Of a stretch of 64,000 bases of DNA, positions 1 through 11,605 are shown one piece after another. The DNA is from Gammaproteobacteria bacterium (GTDB taxonomy: Bacteria; Pseudomonadota; Gammaproteobacteria; CAJXQU01). Each line of letters begins with the position of its first letter. The first letter of the stretch is position 1. The notes under the pieces were generated by a model that saw only the letters and a program-made list of their open reading frames with translations, ran no database searches and had not been told where the DNA came from. The stretch lies in assembly GCA_965238175.1 (NCBI GenBank), contig CBDEGZ010000003.1, forward strand, positions 896,001 through 960,000, written 5' to 3'. Both the position numbers and the translations under genes were made by a program.

Positions 1-86
1 TCGCATTTGATCGATCAGGTTTTAAATATCATGGTCGTGTAAAAGCTCTAGCTGACGCTGCGCGCGAAGCTGGTCTGAAGTTCTAG
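1..86 (+). CDS. rplR: 50S ribosomal protein L18 (3' partial)
   Basis: Frame from nt 3 reads AFDRSGFKYHGRVKALADAAREAGLKF*, the conserved L18 C-terminus; lies upstream of rpsE. Confidence 0.97.
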   Translation, partial: AFDRSGFKYHGRVKALADAAREAGLKF

Positions 87-111
87 TTGAATACTAGGGA
101 AAAGGTAAATT

Positions 112-612
112 ATGGCAGTTAATACAGAACAAGGTGAAGGTTACATAGAAAAATTGGTTCATGTGAATCGCGTAGCTAAAGTAGTCAAAGGTGGCCGAAT
201 TTTTGGTTTCTCTGCCCTAACAGTCGTTGGTGATGGTGAAGGTAAAGTTGGTTTCGGAAGAGGCAAGGCTCGAGAGGTTCCTGTTGCTATCCAAAAAGCA
301 ATGGAAAACGCACGGCGAAATATGAAAAAAGTTCCACTTAAAGAAGGAACGCTTCAATATTCAATCACCTCTGAATTTGGTGCGGCTAAAGTTCATATGC
401 AACCAGCATCAGAAGGAACCGGGATAATTGCCGGTGGTCCAATGCGCGCTGTTTTCGAAGCTGTTGGTATACACAATGTTCTTGCCAAGTGCATCGGTAC
501 AAATAATCCGATTAACGTAGTTCGTGCTACTATCAAAGGTCTTGTTGAAATGAATGATCCGAACTATTACGCCAGCAAGCGTGGAAAAACAGTAGAAGAA
601 ATTACGGAATAA
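112..612 (+). CDS. rpsE: 30S ribosomal protein S5
   Basis: [25 protein letters not shown] motif; spc operon order. Confidence 0.99.
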   Translation: MAVNTEQGEGYIEKLVHVNRVAKVVKGGRIFGFSALTVVGDGEGKVGFGRGKAREVPVAIQKAMENARRNMKKVPLKEGTLQYSITSEFGAAKVHMQPASEGTGIIAGGPMRAVFEAVGIHNVLAKCIGTNNPINVVRATIKGLVEMNDPNYYASKRGKTVEEITE

Positions 613-614
613 TA

Positions 615-803
615 ATGGCTAAGCAAAACGAACTGAAAGTAACTTTGTTGAAAAGTTTGAATGGTCGAAAGGTATCTCACAAGGCTTGTGTTAGAGGCTT
701 AGGGCTAAGACGCATTCGTCACAGTGTTGTTGTGGCAGATACTCCTGAAAACCGTGGGATGATCAATGCAGTGACGTATTTGTTACAGGTTGAGGAAGTA
801 TAA
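615..803 (+). CDS. rpmD: 50S ribosomal protein L30
   Basis: [24 protein letters not shown]; operon position. Confidence 0.98.
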   Translation: MAKQNELKVTLLKSLNGRKVSHKACVRGLGLRRIRHSVVVADTPENRGMINAVTYLLQVEEV

Positions 804-804
804 A

Positions 805-1239
805 ATGCAATTAAATACGATTAAGCCAAGTGCAGGCGCAAAACGATCTCGAAAAAGAGTTGGACGAGGGATCGGTTGTGGTCAAGGTAAAACTTGTGGT
901 CGAGGTCATAAAGGACAACATTCAAGATCTGGTGGTTATCATAAAGTTGGTTTTGAAGGTGGTCAAATGCCATTACAACGACGCCTTCCTAAATTTGGTT
1001 TTAGATCTAGAAAGTCTCTAACAAGAGCAGAGATCAGGTTAAACGAACTTGTTATTGCAAATGTGGATGTGGTTGATCTAGATGCATTAAAAAACGCCGA
1101 CATTATTTCTAATAAAATTAAAACAGTAAAAGTAATCCTATCTGGCGAAATTAATAAAGCAATTACACTGAAAGGAATTAAAGCAACAAAAGGTGCTAAA
1201 GAAGCTATCGAGGCTGCTGGCGGGAATTTGGAAAACTAG
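805..1239 (+). CDS. rplO: 50S ribosomal protein L15
   Basis: [21 protein letters not shown] and [15 protein letters not shown]; ATG at 805 preferred. Confidence 0.98.
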   Translation: MQLNTIKPSAGAKRSRKRVGRGIGCGQGKTCGRGHKGQHSRSGGYHKVGFEGGQMPLQRRLPKFGFRSRKSLTRAEIRLNELVIANVDVVDLDALKNADIISNKIKTVKVILSGEINKAITLKGIKATKGAKEAIEAAGGNLEN

Positions 1240-2585
1240 TGGCAAAAAAGAAACAACAAGCAGCATTACCAGGCGGGTTATCAGGTGTTGGTGAGGTGTC
1301 GGAGTTAAGGCAAAGGCTTTTATTTTTATTAGGAGCATTAATTGTATTTAGGATCTGTACTCACATACCGGTACCAGGAATAAACCCTTATGCATTAGCT
1401 GCGTTATTCGAGCAGCAGCGCGGCACCATTTTAGATATGTTTAACATGTTTTCTGGTGGTGCATTAGAAAGGTTCTCAGTAGTTGCCTTAGGAATAATGC
1501 CTTACATTTCTGCATCAATCATAATGCAGTTATTAACGGTTGTTCATCCTAAACTCGAACAATTGAAAAAAGAAGGTGAAGCTGGTCGGAGAAAGATTAC
1601 TCAATACACTCGCTACGGAACAGTTGTATTAGCTACATTCCAAGCTTTAGGGATTGCTATTGCATTAGAAGGACAATCGGCGGGTGCACAAGGGTTAGTT
1701 ATAGATCCTGGAATGGCGTTTAGATTGACAGCTGTAACCACATTAGTGACAGGTACGCTTTTTCTGATGTGGCTAGGAGAGCAGATCACTGAACGAGGCA
1801 TTGGTAATGGCATATCAATAATTATTTTTGCTGGAATTGTGGCAGGTTTACCAGCTGCAATTGGTGGAACATTAGAGTTAGCAAGAACTGGTGAATTGCA
1901 TTGGTTGATGGTGTTTGGTCTGTTTGGACTTGCTTTATTAGTGACTGCATTTGTAATTTTTGTCGAAAGAGCACAAAGAAGAATTACGGTTAATTATGCG
2001 AAAAAGCAGGTCGGGCGGAAAATGTATGGTGGGCAATCTAGTCATCTACCATTGAAATTAAATATGGCTGGTGTTATTCCACCAATTTTCGCATCTAGTA
2101 TTATTTTATTTCCGAGTACTATTGCAGGTTGGTTTGGAAGTAAAGATGGCATGGGTTGGCTGAAGGATATTAGTACAACACTTTCACCAGGTCAGCCACT
2201 TTACGTAATGTTTTATGCAGCTGCGATAATATTTTTCTGTTTCTTTTATACAGCATTGGTTTTTAATCCACGAGAAACTGCGGACAATTTAAAGAAGTCT
2301 GGTGCATTTATCCCTGGAATAAGACCTGGTGAACAAACATCAAATTATATTGACGGTGTAATGACACGGCTGACAATGGCCGGTGCTATATATATAACCT
2401 TGGTTTGCTTGCTACCAGAGTTCTTAATATTAAAATTCAATGTGCCATTTTATTTTGGTGGCACATCATTACTGATAATTGTTGTTGTGGTTATGGACTT
2501 TATGGCTCAAGTTCAATCCCATCTAATGTCACATCAATATGAAGGTCTGATGAAAAAGGCTAACCTAAAAGGTTATGGTCGTTAA
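1239..2585 (+). CDS. secY: Preprotein translocase subunit SecY
   Basis: Multi-TM protein with [19 protein letters not shown] and FIPGIRPG motifs. Confidence 0.99.
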   Translation: MAKKKQQAALPGGLSGVGEVSELRQRLLFLLGALIVFRICTHIPVPGINPYALAALFEQQRGTILDMFNMFSGGALERFSVVALGIMPYISASIIMQLLTVVHPKLEQLKKEGEAGRRKITQYTRYGTVVLATFQALGIAIALEGQSAGAQGLVIDPGMAFRLTAVTTLVTGTLFLMWLGEQITERGIGNGISIIIFAGIVAGLPAAIGGTLELARTGELHWLMVFGLFGLALLVTAFVIFVERAQRRITVNYAKKQVGRKMYGGQSSHLPLKLNMAGVIPPIFASSIILFPSTIAGWFGSKDGMGWLKDISTTLSPGQPLYVMFYAAAIIFFCFFYTALVFNPRETADNLKKSGAFIPGIRPGEQTSNYIDGVMTRLTMAGAIYITLVCLLPEFLILKFNVPFYFGGTSLLIIVVVVMDFMAQVQSHLMSHQYEGLMKKANLKGYGR

Positions 2586-2604
2586 GGTTGTTTGAGGAAT
2601 AGAA

Positions 2605-2718
2605 ATGAAAGTAAGAGCATCAGTAAAAAAAATGTGCAGAAACTGTAAAGTAGTACGTCGCAAAGGTGTAGTTAGAGTAATTTGCAAAGATGGCAGACAT
2701 AAACAAAGGCAAGGTTAA
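2605..2718 (+). CDS. rpmJ: 50S ribosomal protein L36 (Zn-ribbon type)
   Basis: Not in ORF track; hand translation [44 protein letters not shown] upstream. Confidence 0.98.
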   Translation: MKVRASVKKMCRNCKVVRRKGVVRVICKDGRHKQRQG

Positions 2719-2797
2719 ACCCTTGATTAAATGCGCATTAAAGAATAAAATTTCGCGCTTTTTCAGTATTAAACGGCAAGGTTAGGAGATTATAAGC

Positions 2798-3154
2798 ATG
2801 GCTCGTGTTGCAGGGGTAAACATCCCGGATCAAAAACACACCGTAATAGCATTAACATATATATACGGTGTTGGGCGTAGTCGAGCTCAAGATATTTGCT
2901 TGAATACAGGAGTTGCTCCGAACCAAAAGGTTAAAGAGTTGACTGAAGAACAGCTTGAAAAGTTAAGAACTGCAGTTGCTAGTTTTCAGGTGGAAGGTGA
3001 TCTTCGTCGAGAAGTTTCAATGAACATTAAACGTCTTATGGATTTAGGCTGCTTCAGAGGTATTCGCCATCGAAGAGGGTTACCTTTACGTGGTCAAAGA
3101 ACGAAGACAAACGCAAGGACTAGAAAAGGTCCTAGAAAGCCAATCCGTAAATAA
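2798..3154 (+). CDS. rpsM: 30S ribosomal protein S13
   Basis: [10 protein letters not shown]...[14 protein letters not shown]. Confidence 0.99.
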   Translation: MARVAGVNIPDQKHTVIALTYIYGVGRSRAQDICLNTGVAPNQKVKELTEEQLEKLRTAVASFQVEGDLRREVSMNIKRLMDLGCFRGIRHRRGLPLRGQRTKTNARTRKGPRKPIRK

Positions 3155-3178
3155 TTAATAGAGCAGGTTTTTGTAAAT

Positions 3179-3568
3179 ATGGCTAAATCACCAGGACGAG
3201 TTAAAAAAAGAGCGAAAAGAACAGTAGTAGATGCTGCAGCTCATGTGCATTCTTCGTTTAATAATACGATTATCACGATTACAGATCGTCAGGGTAATGC
3301 TTTAGGTTGGTCTACTGCTGGAGGTAGTGGATTTCGCGGCTCCCGGAAAAGTACACCATTTGCTGCTCAAGTAGCTGCAGAAAACTTGGCTGATACTATG
3401 AACGAATACGGAATTAAAAATCTTGAAGTTTATATAAAAGGACCTGGGCCTGGCCGTGATTCGGCCGTTCGTGCACTAAACAATGCAGGATTTAAAGTTA
3501 TTAACATAACCGATGTTACACCGATACCACACAATGGGTGTCGGCCACCAAAGAAAAGAAGAGTATAG
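3179..3568 (+). CDS. rpsK: 30S ribosomal protein S11
   Basis: [11 protein letters not shown] and [18 protein letters not shown]. Confidence 0.99.
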   Translation: MAKSPGRVKKRAKRTVVDAAAHVHSSFNNTIITITDRQGNALGWSTAGGSGFRGSRKSTPFAAQVAAENLADTMNEYGIKNLEVYIKGPGPGRDSAVRALNNAGFKVINITDVTPIPHNGCRPPKKRRV

Positions 3569-3580
3569 AGTAGATACCCC

Positions 3581-4204
3581 ATGGCTAGATACATAGGACC
3601 AAAATGTAAGTTAAGTAGACGACACGGTGTCGACCTTTTTTTAAAAAGTCACGCTCGTCCGTTAGAATCTAAATGTCAGCTAGAAAAAGCACCAGGCCAA
3701 CATGGAGATAGCAGACAAAGAAGAATGTCTGATTATGCTGTGCAGCTAAATGAGAAACAAAAATTACGACAGATTTATGGCGTACTTGAGCGTCAGTTTA
3801 GGAATTACTACAAAAAAGCCTCAAAAATAAAAGGCTCTACAGGTGAAAACCTACTTAAACTATTGGAATGTAGATTAGACAACGTTGTGTACCGTATGGG
3901 TTTTGGCGCAACACGTGCTGAATCAAGGCAACTTGTCAGTCACAAGGCTATCTTGGTAAATGGTCAATCTGTAAATATTCCTTCTTATACAGTTAAGGCG
4001 GATGATGTTATTTCGGTTAGAGAAAAAAGTCGTAAACAGGTTCGCATACAAGATTCTTTAGTACTAGCAGAACAATTCGGTATCCCAGAATGGATGCAAG
4101 TGGATGCTAAGAAAATGGAAGGTTTATTTAAATCGGTTCCTGATCGTAGTGATTTACCTGCGGATATCAATGAATCACTTGTTGTCGAATTATATTCTAA
4201 ATAA
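3581..4204 (+). CDS. rpsD: 30S ribosomal protein S4
   Basis: [14 protein letters not shown]; [14 protein letters not shown]. Confidence 0.99.
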   Translation: MARYIGPKCKLSRRHGVDLFLKSHARPLESKCQLEKAPGQHGDSRQRRMSDYAVQLNEKQKLRQIYGVLERQFRNYYKKASKIKGSTGENLLKLLECRLDNVVYRMGFGATRAESRQLVSHKAILVNGQSVNIPSYTVKADDVISVREKSRKQVRIQDSLVLAEQFGIPEWMQVDAKKMEGLFKSVPDRSDLPADINESLVVELYSK

Positions 4205-4227
4205 TACTGGTTAGGAGAGATTACCAT

Positions 4228-5226
4228 ATGGGCACATCCGCTACGGAATTTTTAAAACCACGTGTTGTTGACGTTGAATTTGTCGAAGACAAGGTTGCGA
4301 AGCTAGTTCTTGAGCCACTGGATAGAGGCTTTGGACATACGATGGGGAATGCACTTCGTCGAGTACTTTTATCTTCTATCACTGGTGCAGCTGTTGTAGA
4401 AGTAGAAATTGAAGGTGTTCTTCATGAATATACTACGATTGAAGGCGTACAAGAAGATGTGACAGATATTTTGCTCAATCTCAAAGGTCTCGCAATTGAG
4501 ATGCATGCAAAAGAAGAGTCAACGATAACAATAAACAAGAAAGGTCCAACTAATGTTGTTGCTGGAGATATTACAGTCGATCATGATGTTGAGATAGTAA
4601 ATAAAGAGCATCATATTGCTACTCTCACTGAAGGTGCTGAGCTCAACATGACGATGAAAGTCAAGTCTGGTCGAGGATATGTTGCAGCTACAACACAAGT
4701 AAATGATGAAGACGAAGATCAAGCAATTGGAAGTTTGAAATTAGATGCTTCTTTTAGTCCGATACGCAGAGTTGCTTATGAAGTACAGAGTGCACGTGTT
4801 GATCAAAGAACTGACCTTGATCGTCTCGTTCTGGAAATTGAAACAAATGGTGCGGTTGATCCAGAAGAAGCATTGAAAGGCGCTGTTAAAATACTAATTG
4901 ATCAATTAGCAGTTTTTGTAGATTTAAGTACTATGGAAGCAAGTGTTCCAGAGAAAGAGGAAGAAGTTGAAATTGATCCTATTCTATTACGATCAATTGA
5001 TGATTTAGAATTGACTGTCAGATCAGCCAATTGTCTTAAAGCAGAAAGTATTTGTTACATCGGCGATTTGATACAAAGAACAGAAGTAGAGTTACTGAAG
5101 ACGCCTAATCTTGGTAAGAAGTCATTGACTGAAATTAAGAGTGTACTCGCTGCACGAGGGCTTTCATTAGGTATGCGGCTTGAAAATTGGCCACCAAAAG
5201 ATTTGATCGGTACGCTTACAGCTTAA
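4228..5226 (+). CDS. rpoA: RNA polymerase alpha subunit
   Basis: [18 protein letters not shown]; alpha-[15 protein letters not shown]. Confidence 0.99.
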   Translation: MGTSATEFLKPRVVDVEFVEDKVAKLVLEPLDRGFGHTMGNALRRVLLSSITGAAVVEVEIEGVLHEYTTIEGVQEDVTDILLNLKGLAIEMHAKEESTITINKKGPTNVVAGDITVDHDVEIVNKEHHIATLTEGAELNMTMKVKSGRGYVAATTQVNDEDEDQAIGSLKLDASFSPIRRVAYEVQSARVDQRTDLDRLVLEIETNGAVDPEEALKGAVKILIDQLAVFVDLSTMEASVPEKEEEVEIDPILLRSIDDLELTVRSANCLKAESICYIGDLIQRTEVELLKTPNLGKKSLTEIKSVLAARGLSLGMRLENWPPKDLIGTLTA

Positions 5227-5267
5227 TTATTGATCAAAAATAAAGATAACATCAGGAAGTAAAGAAA

Positions 5268-5654
5268 ATGCGCCATTTAAAAAGCGGACGAAAGCTAAAT
5301 AGAAATAGTAGTCATAGAAAAGCTATGTTTAAAAACATGTCTAATTCACTGTTTCGTCATGAACTGATCAAAACAACTTTACCAAAAGCAAAAGAATTAC
5401 GACGCACAGCTGAACCTCTTATTACACTCGCAAAAAAAGATTCGGTTGCTAATCGACGACTTGCCTTTGCTAGATTACGCGATAAAGAAATGGTCGCGAA
5501 ACTTTTTACGGAGCTTGGTCCAAGGTATGCAAATCGTCCTGGTGGATATATCCGAATACTTAAATGTGGTTTCCGAGCTGGTGATGCGGCACCTATGGCA
5601 ATCGTTGAGTTAGTCGATCGTCCAGAAGAAGTTGAAGAGGATATAGAAGAGTAA
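5268..5654 (+). CDS. rplQ: 50S ribosomal protein L17
   Basis: [20 protein letters not shown]. Confidence 0.99.
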   Translation: MRHLKSGRKLNRNSSHRKAMFKNMSNSLFRHELIKTTLPKAKELRRTAEPLITLAKKDSVANRRLAFARLRDKEMVAKLFTELGPRYANRPGGYIRILKCGFRAGDAAPMAIVELVDRPEEVEEDIEE

Positions 5655-5679
5655 AGGTTACCTGGATATATTAAAATTA

Positions 5680-5708
5680 AAAAGCCGGTATAAAACCGGC
5701 TTTTTTTT
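5680..5708 (+). terminator. Rho-independent terminator of the alpha operon
   Basis: AAAAGCCGGT-ATAAA-ACCGGCTTTT followed by a T tract. Confidence 0.9.
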
Positions 5709-5729
5709 GATCATTCCACTGTTATCAAG

Positions 5730-6955
5730 TGTAGAAGTTTAGACCCAATCTGACACATCACTAAATCAAGCGGAGCGTAGCGACGCTTGATTTAGTGAGA
5801 GTTACCCGCTTTGATGTAACTGCAACGTAAACATCAAAACACAAAGAGGTAACTCTCATGATTCATACTAATGACAAAGTTATAAAACATAAAGTTGGTC
5901 TACTCAATCTCGCTGAAGAACTCGGCAATGTCTCAAAAGCCTGCAAGATGATGGGTTTGTCCAGAGATACATTTTATCGCTACAAAGAAGCGGCTGATGA
6001 AGGCGGTGTAGAAGCCTTGTTTGATCGTAATCGGCGTACCCCAAATCTTAAAAACAGAATCGACCCGGCTATTGAAACCGTTGTGCTCGAGTATGCACTG
6101 GAAGAGCCCGCACATGGTCAAACGCGCACCAGTAACGAGCTGCGCAAACGGGGAACATTTGTCTCACCCAGTGGCGTTCGTTGTATCTGGCTTCGTCATG
6201 GTCTTGCTTGCTTTAAAGATCGCCTGAAGGCATTGTCTGATAAGGTAGCTGGTGAAGGCTTGATCCTCACTGAGTCTCAAGTCGCGGCGATGGAACGCAA
6301 GAAAGACGACGATGAGGCTTGTGGCGAGATAGAGACGGCACACCCTGGTTATCTTGGCTCGCAAGATACTTACTATGTCGGTACTTTCAAAGGCATTGGT
6401 CGGGTTTATCAACAAACGTTTGTTGATACTTACAGCAAGGTCGCTCACGCGAAACTGTACCCGACTAAAACACCGATTACGGCAGCTGACATGCTCAATG
6501 ACCGCGTCCTCCCATTCTACGAAGAACAACGTTTGCCTATGTTGCGCATTTTGACAGATAGAGGGACGGAGTATTGTGGGCGAGCTGACCAGCATGATTA
6601 TCAGCTTTATATGGCGTTGAACAATATCGAACACACCAAAACCAAGGTCAAATCACCTCAGACGAATGGTATTTGTGAGCGATTCCATAAGACGATCCTC
6701 AATGAGTTTTATCAAGTCGCTTTGCGTAAGAAAATTTACCAATCGATTGATGAACTGCAACTCGACCTTGACGAATGGTTGCTCAAATACAATACTCAAC
6801 GAACTCACCAAGGCAAAATGTGCTGCGGGAGGACGCCGATGGAAACACTCATCGACGGACAAGCTATCTGGAAGGAAAAGTTTGTGAATTAAACTTAACC
6901 TGACAGTCGGTTACTGATAATTGGGTAACTGTCAGATCAAATCTGAATTTCTACA
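5730..6955 (+). mobile_element. IS481-family insertion sequence, copy 1 (1226 bp)
   Basis: TGTAGAA...TTCTACA ends with imperfect IRs; flanked by the 7-bp direct repeat TATCAAG (5723-5729 and 6956-6962); near-identical copy at 50626-51851. Confidence 0.93.
5858..6892 (+). CDS. IS481-family DDE transposase
   Basis: N-terminal HTH (GNVSKACKMMGLSRDTFYRY); rve core with ILTDRGTEY and PQTNGICERFH. Confidence 0.93.
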   Translation: MIHTNDKVIKHKVGLLNLAEELGNVSKACKMMGLSRDTFYRYKEAADEGGVEALFDRNRRTPNLKNRIDPAIETVVLEYALEEPAHGQTRTSNELRKRGTFVSPSGVRCIWLRHGLACFKDRLKALSDKVAGEGLILTESQVAAMERKKDDDEACGEIETAHPGYLGSQDTYYVGTFKGIGRVYQQTFVDTYSKVAHAKLYPTKTPITAADMLNDRVLPFYEEQRLPMLRILTDRGTEYCGRADQHDYQLYMALNNIEHTKTKVKSPQTNGICERFHKTILNEFYQVALRKKIYQSIDELQLDLDEWLLKYNTQRTHQGKMCCGRTPMETLIDGQAIWKEKFVN

Positions 6956-6957
6956 TA

Positions 6958-8628
6958 TCAAGGTAATGGGCGATATTTAACTCGTCGAGGTTGATCTGCA
7001 TCATCCCCCAAGCGTTTCTTTCGATCTTTCTCATAATCAGAATAATCACCTTCAAACCAAGTAATCTGACTATCCCCTTCAAAGGCTAGAATATGAGTTG
7101 CTATTCGATCTAGAAACCAGCGGTCATGCGATATAACAACGACACAACCTGGGAAATTAAGTATTGCTTCTTCTAATGCCCGCAGTGTTTCAACATCAAG
7201 ATCATTTGTAGGCTCATCAAGGAGTAAAACATTACCTCCTGAGCGTAACATTTTAGCGAGATGTACTCTATTTCGTTCTCCACCTGAAAGTTGTCCAATT
7301 TGTTTTTGTTGATCACCGCCTTTGAAGTTGAAGCGTCCGACATAACTTCTAGACGGGCATTCATAAGTGTCGACTTTAATAATATCTTGTCCATCAGAGA
7401 TCTCTTCCCAGACAGTTTTTGTATCATCAAGTGAATCTCTAGATTGATCAACATAAGCAAACTTAACAGAATCGCCTACTTTTATTTCTCCTCCATCAGG
7501 ACTTTCTTGTTCAGTCATAAGTCTAAATAAGGTTGATTTACCCGCACCATTTGGACCAATAATTCCAACAATACCCCCTGGAGGTAAATTAAACGTTAGT
7601 TGATCATAGAGAAGCTTATCTCCATAGGCTTTTTTAAGATTTGTTGCCGTTACAACAACATCGCCAAGCCGTGGACCTGGTGGAATGTATATTTCATTAG
7701 TCTCATTACGCTGTTGGAAATCTTTTGAATTAAGATCATTAAATTGTTGCAGTCGAGCCTTACTTTTTGCATGTCTTCCCTTAGCCCCTTTTCTTACCCA
7801 TTCTAATTCTGCTTTAATTGCCTTCTGATGAGAGCGTTGTTGTTTTTCTTCATTAGCCAAACGATCATCTTTTTGTTCTAGCCAAGATGAATAGTTTCCT
7901 TCCCAAGGAATTCCATGACCTCTATCAAGTTCTAAAATCCAACCAGCGACATTATCTAAAAAGTAACGATCATGTGTAACCGCAACGACAGTGCCTTCGA
8001 ATTGTTCGAGAAAACGTTCTAACCAGGCGACTGATTCCGCATCTAAATGATTAGTTGGTTCATCAAGCAATAACATATCTGGAGAAGATAATAGTAATCG
8101 ACAGAGTGCGACTCGTCGACGTTCGCCACCGGATAATGTTGTAACATCAGCATCCCAAGGTGGTAATCGCAAAGCATCAGCAGCCATTTCAAGTTTTCGA
8201 TCTAATTCCCAAGCACCTGCAGCATCAATGGCTGTCTGAACTTTTGATTGTTCTTCAAGTAACTGAGTCATTTGATCATCATCCATAGGCTCTGCAAAAC
8301 GAGCATTGATGTCATCAAATTGTTTTAATAGTAATGCAATTTCAGCTACAGCTTCCTCGACATTCCCTCGAACATCTTTTGTAGGGTCAAGTTGCGGTTC
8401 TTGTGGTAGATAGCCTATATTTAGCTGCTTCATGGGGATGGCTTCACCATCAAATTCTTTATCTACACCTGCCATAATTTTTAGAAGAGTAGATTTTCCA
8501 GAACCATTAAGTCCAAGTACGCCGATTTTTGCACCAGGGAAAAAACTTAGTGAAATATCACGCAGGATTGTCCGCTTGGGTGGAACAATCTTATTGACGC
8601 GATTCATTGAAAACACATATTGTGCCAT
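6958..8628 (-). CDS. ettA: Energy-dependent translational throttle protein (ABC-F)
   Basis: [19 protein letters not shown] start; two ABC domains ([16 protein letters not shown]). Confidence 0.96.
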   Translation of the reverse strand: MAQYVFSMNRVNKIVPPKRTILRDISLSFFPGAKIGVLGLNGSGKSTLLKIMAGVDKEFDGEAIPMKQLNIGYLPQEPQLDPTKDVRGNVEEAVAEIALLLKQFDDINARFAEPMDDDQMTQLLEEQSKVQTAIDAAGAWELDRKLEMAADALRLPPWDADVTTLSGGERRRVALCRLLLSSPDMLLLDEPTNHLDAESVAWLERFLEQFEGTVVAVTHDRYFLDNVAGWILELDRGHGIPWEGNYSSWLEQKDDRLANEEKQQRSHQKAIKAELEWVRKGAKGRHAKSKARLQQFNDLNSKDFQQRNETNEIYIPPGPRLGDVVVTATNLKKAYGDKLLYDQLTFNLPPGGIVGIIGPNGAGKSTLFRLMTEQESPDGGEIKVGDSVKFAYVDQSRDSLDDTKTVWEEISDGQDIIKVDTYECPSRSYVGRFNFKGGDQQKQIGQLSGGERNRVHLAKMLRSGGNVLLLDEPTNDLDVETLRALEEAILNFPGCVVVISHDRWFLDRIATHILAFEGDSQITWFEGDYSDYEKDRKKRLGDDADQPRRVKYRPLP

Positions 8629-8658
8629 TAAATTACCTCATTTATTGAACAGGATTAA

Positions 8659-9432
8659 CTAGGCTGTGATTTGATCTCGAGTAAAGACCCAATTATTATT
8701 TTCGGACAAAGCAGGGTCAAATTTATATCCATTTAAGCTAAAACTTTTGATCTTGTCAGGATCTTTGATTTTATTCTCAATAATAAAGCGACTCATTAGT
8801 CCACGCGCTTTTTTTGCATAAAAGCTGATCAACTTATAAGTACCATTTTTGTTATCTTTAAAGATCGGAGTAATTATTTCTGCTTCAATATTTTTAGTTT
8901 TTAATACTTTTGAATATTCGTTTGAAGCTAAATTAATAAGGACAGAATTTTTATCAAATTCATGGTTAATGGCCTCTGTTAATTTGTTGCCCCAGAATTC
9001 ATACAAATTAGATCCTCGTAGGTTCGTAAAACGAGTCCCCATTTCAAGACGATAGGCTTGTATTAAGTCTAAAGGTTTTAATAAACCGTATAATCCTGAC
9101 AAAACTTTCAAATGTTTTTGTGCAAATTGAATATCTTTTTTGTTTAGCGATTCGGCATCAAGACCAGTATAAACATCACCTTTAAAAGCATAGATACATT
9201 GTTTTGAATTTTTAGGTGTAAAAGGTGTTTGCCAAGACTGATTTCGATTGTAATTAAGTTCGCCCAGTTTTTCGCTGATCTTCATAAGTGAACTGAGATC
9301 GTGAGGACCGAGTTGTTTTAACTCATCCATTAACTGACAACTGTCTTCTAGAAAATCAGGTGTAGTATAGTCCTCGAACTTAGGTTTTGATTCAAAATCC
9401 AGTGTTTTAGCCGGAGAGATAATAATTTGCAT
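8659..9432 (-). CDS. yaaA: Peroxide stress protein YaaA (DUF328)
   Basis: IISPAKTLDF, YRLEMGT and ISFYAKKARG motifs; ATG at 9432 preferred. Confidence 0.93.
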   Translation of the reverse strand: MQIIISPAKTLDFESKPKFEDYTTPDFLEDSCQLMDELKQLGPHDLSSLMKISEKLGELNYNRNQSWQTPFTPKNSKQCIYAFKGDVYTGLDAESLNKKDIQFAQKHLKVLSGLYGLLKPLDLIQAYRLEMGTRFTNLRGSNLYEFWGNKLTEAINHEFDKNSVLINLASNEYSKVLKTKNIEAEIITPIFKDNKNGTYKLISFYAKKARGLMSRFIIENKIKDPDKIKSFSLNGYKFDPALSENNNWVFTRDQITA

Positions 9433-9497
9433 GAGTAATCTCCATAAGTGATGTACCCTATTGTACAACTTTTTAGCATTATATTTGGAGGCACATT

Positions 9498-10181
9498 ATG
9501 GTTGATGAAACCGAAAAATTAGCTCAAGCAATGTATGATCTTGGCGAAATCACCTTAGTAGAGATTACAGATAATCTAAAACAAGATCCTTTTGATCAAC
9601 AAAAGATATACGAAAAATGGATTAAAGAAGAAGAATGGCAGTTACGTGATCAAGGTTTACCATTAGCAATTGGTTTGGATCCCGGCAAATGGCAAGAACT
9701 TTTTAAACTTGCTGGATTTGAAGAAATTGAAAATGCGGCATGGAATGCTTTGAAGCAATTATCCCCTACAGATCAAGGCCCAAATGTTCTTAATCCTGAA
9801 GATGAAGTTGAAAACTGGAAAGTAAACTCAGCTGAGTTTTATCGATGGTTGAATCAACAGGGGATTAGCGTACCAGATGCACTAGATAGCTTGATGCAGT
9901 TTGTAATGACTATCGTTAAAAAGCCCGTGAGCGAAGCAATGGCGGCTGATCAGGCTGGTGCAATTCCGCAAACTCGATCAAGCGATAGAGAGAAGGTACT
10001 AGGTGCGGCATTTAATATAGTCTCCAAAGAGCCCAATGCTTGTCGTGATGATTCAGGTTTAACCAATGGCAGTAAATTAGCCGAAATGATCGCAGCGCAA
10101 TCTGTGCTCTGGTTTGAATCTTCAAAACCACCGATGAGTGTTAAAGACATGGGCGAGTTTTTGGAAAAATGGCTGGAGTGA
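9498..10181 (+). CDS. Hypothetical protein
   Basis: 227-aa ORF with GGAGG RBS; family not recognised. Confidence 0.75.
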   Translation: MVDETEKLAQAMYDLGEITLVEITDNLKQDPFDQQKIYEKWIKEEEWQLRDQGLPLAIGLDPGKWQELFKLAGFEEIENAAWNALKQLSPTDQGPNVLNPEDEVENWKVNSAEFYRWLNQQGISVPDALDSLMQFVMTIVKKPVSEAMAADQAGAIPQTRSSDREKVLGAAFNIVSKEPNACRDDSGLTNGSKLAEMIAAQSVLWFESSKPPMSVKDMGEFLEKWLE

Positions 10182-10224
10182 TCTTTCTAAAATGAATTTT
10201 ATGGCAAAATCAAAGGTTAAAAAT

Positions 10225-10641
10225 TTAAGGAGTAATCTGCAACTCAACTTTTTCAAATGAGTCACCTGTAAATAGAAATGAACCTAATACAGGCTCACCG
10301 TTCATCAGCGAAATAATAAAATAAGCGGTGCCAGGATATGCGGCTTCTTGCAAATCTTGATTCGATGGTAATGCTTCACTCCTGGGATGTGAATGATAAA
10401 TTCCACACAGATGTTCTCCATGTTCACGCATGGTTTTCAGTGCAGAAATTTGTGATTGAGGCTGCATAAAAAAGGAAGTTGCGGGATCAACGGCAATGTT
10501 TGGAATTCGATATAAACTTACTGGTAGCTGTTCTTCGATAGCCATATGAGTTGCCAGTAAACCGCATACTTCTTCATCTGGTGTTTCTAAAGCATGATTG
10601 AACATATGCTTTTTGAGTTGCTGCGGTAATTTAAATAACAT
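10225..10641 (-). CDS. JAB/Mov34 (M67 family) metallopeptidase
   Basis: JAMM motif: EVCGLL...YHSHPRSEALPSNQD. Confidence 0.9.
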   Translation of the reverse strand: MLFKLPQQLKKHMFNHALETPDEEVCGLLATHMAIEEQLPVSLYRIPNIAVDPATSFFMQPQSQISALKTMREHGEHLCGIYHSHPRSEALPSNQDLQEAAYPGTAYFIISLMNGEPVLGSFLFTGDSFEKVELQITP

Positions 10642-10648
10642 TTAGTGG

Positions 10649-11395
10649 CTAACTGGATCCACAAACAGGACAGTTAGGATCTTTTTTGTAATTCATCGTT
10701 TGAAATTCTGACGTTGTTGCATCAAACAGCATTAATTTACCGATTAGACTATTACCAATGTTGGTTATTAATTTGATTGCCTCCAAAGCTTGCATCGATC
10801 CGATAATGCCTAATAGTGGGGCAATCACACCCGTCAGGCTACAAGTCTCGTCTGAAAATTCATCATCATTGTATAAACAGCGATAACAAGGAGTAGCAGA
10901 ATCACGATGATCAAAAACACTTAACTGCCCTTCGAAACGAATTGCCGCGCCAGAAACCAGTGGCGTTTTTGTTTCATGACATGCCTTGTTAACAGAAAAT
11001 CGAGTTGCAAAATTATCACTACCATCGATAACGACAGCAACATTTTTTGTTTGCTGGATTAGTTCTTTATCATCCAGCTGTTTGTTAATAGTGGTAATTT
11101 TGCAATCAGGGTTTAATTCAAGAAGTCGATCTCTGGCTGATTCAACTTTTGCGCGATCTATATCATTCGTAGAGTGGACAATCTGTCTTTGTAAATTAGA
11201 TAATTCAACGATATCAAAATCGACCAAAATCAAATGGCCTACACCTGCCGACGCCAGATACATAGAAACAGGAGAGCCTAGACCGCCCAAGCCGATCAAT
11301 AAAACGGACGAATTCAGGAGTTTTTGTTGGCCTTCAATATCGATTTTCGGCAGCATGATCTGTCGGCTATATCGAAGTAATTGTTCGTCTTTCAT
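10649..11395 (-). CDS. moeB: MoeB/ThiF-family sulfur-carrier adenylyltransferase
   Basis: RYSRQI, GLGGLG, SNLQRQ, CYRC and CPVC Zn motifs. Confidence 0.9.
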   Translation of the reverse strand: MKDEQLLRYSRQIMLPKIDIEGQQKLLNSSVLLIGLGGLGSPVSMYLASAGVGHLILVDFDIVELSNLQRQIVHSTNDIDRAKVESARDRLLELNPDCKITTINKQLDDKELIQQTKNVAVVIDGSDNFATRFSVNKACHETKTPLVSGAAIRFEGQLSVFDHRDSATPCYRCLYNDDEFSDETCSLTGVIAPLLGIIGSMQALEAIKLITNIGNSLIGKLMLFDATTSEFQTMNYKKDPNCPVCGSS

Positions 11396-11559
11396 TGATC
11401 TAAATATTGATGCCAGTGCCGCGGACGATCATCTTTTTTGGTTTTATTTTGACGTAATTGATAATAACAAACATAAACAGTTTGGACGTGCGTTTCCCAC
11501 CCGCGTGGTGTTTCTTGCCACGCTTCATCTATTTTCTTTTTCCAGTCTGATATTTTCAT
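11392..11559 (-). CDS. Small hypothetical protein (55 aa), translationally coupled to moeB
   Basis: Hand translation MKISDWKKKIDEAWQETPRGWETHVQTVYVCYYQLRQNKTKKDDRPRHWHQYLDQ*; its TGA overlaps the moeB ATG (ATGA). Confidence 0.5.
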   Translation of the reverse strand: MKISDWKKKIDEAWQETPRGWETHVQTVYVCYYQLRQNKTKKDDRPRHWHQYLDQ

Positions 11560-11605
11560 AGAATGATCTTACAGAAAATTATTATGAGAATTATTCCAGC
11601 TCCAA

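Noticed and set aside
5756-5798. Strong palindrome upstream of the IS481 transposase
   Set aside because: Internal to the IS (present in both copies), so not an independent feature.
10986-11561. 191-aa plus-strand ORF and other antisense ORFs over conserved genes
   Set aside because: Shadow frames of well-supported genes on the opposite strand.
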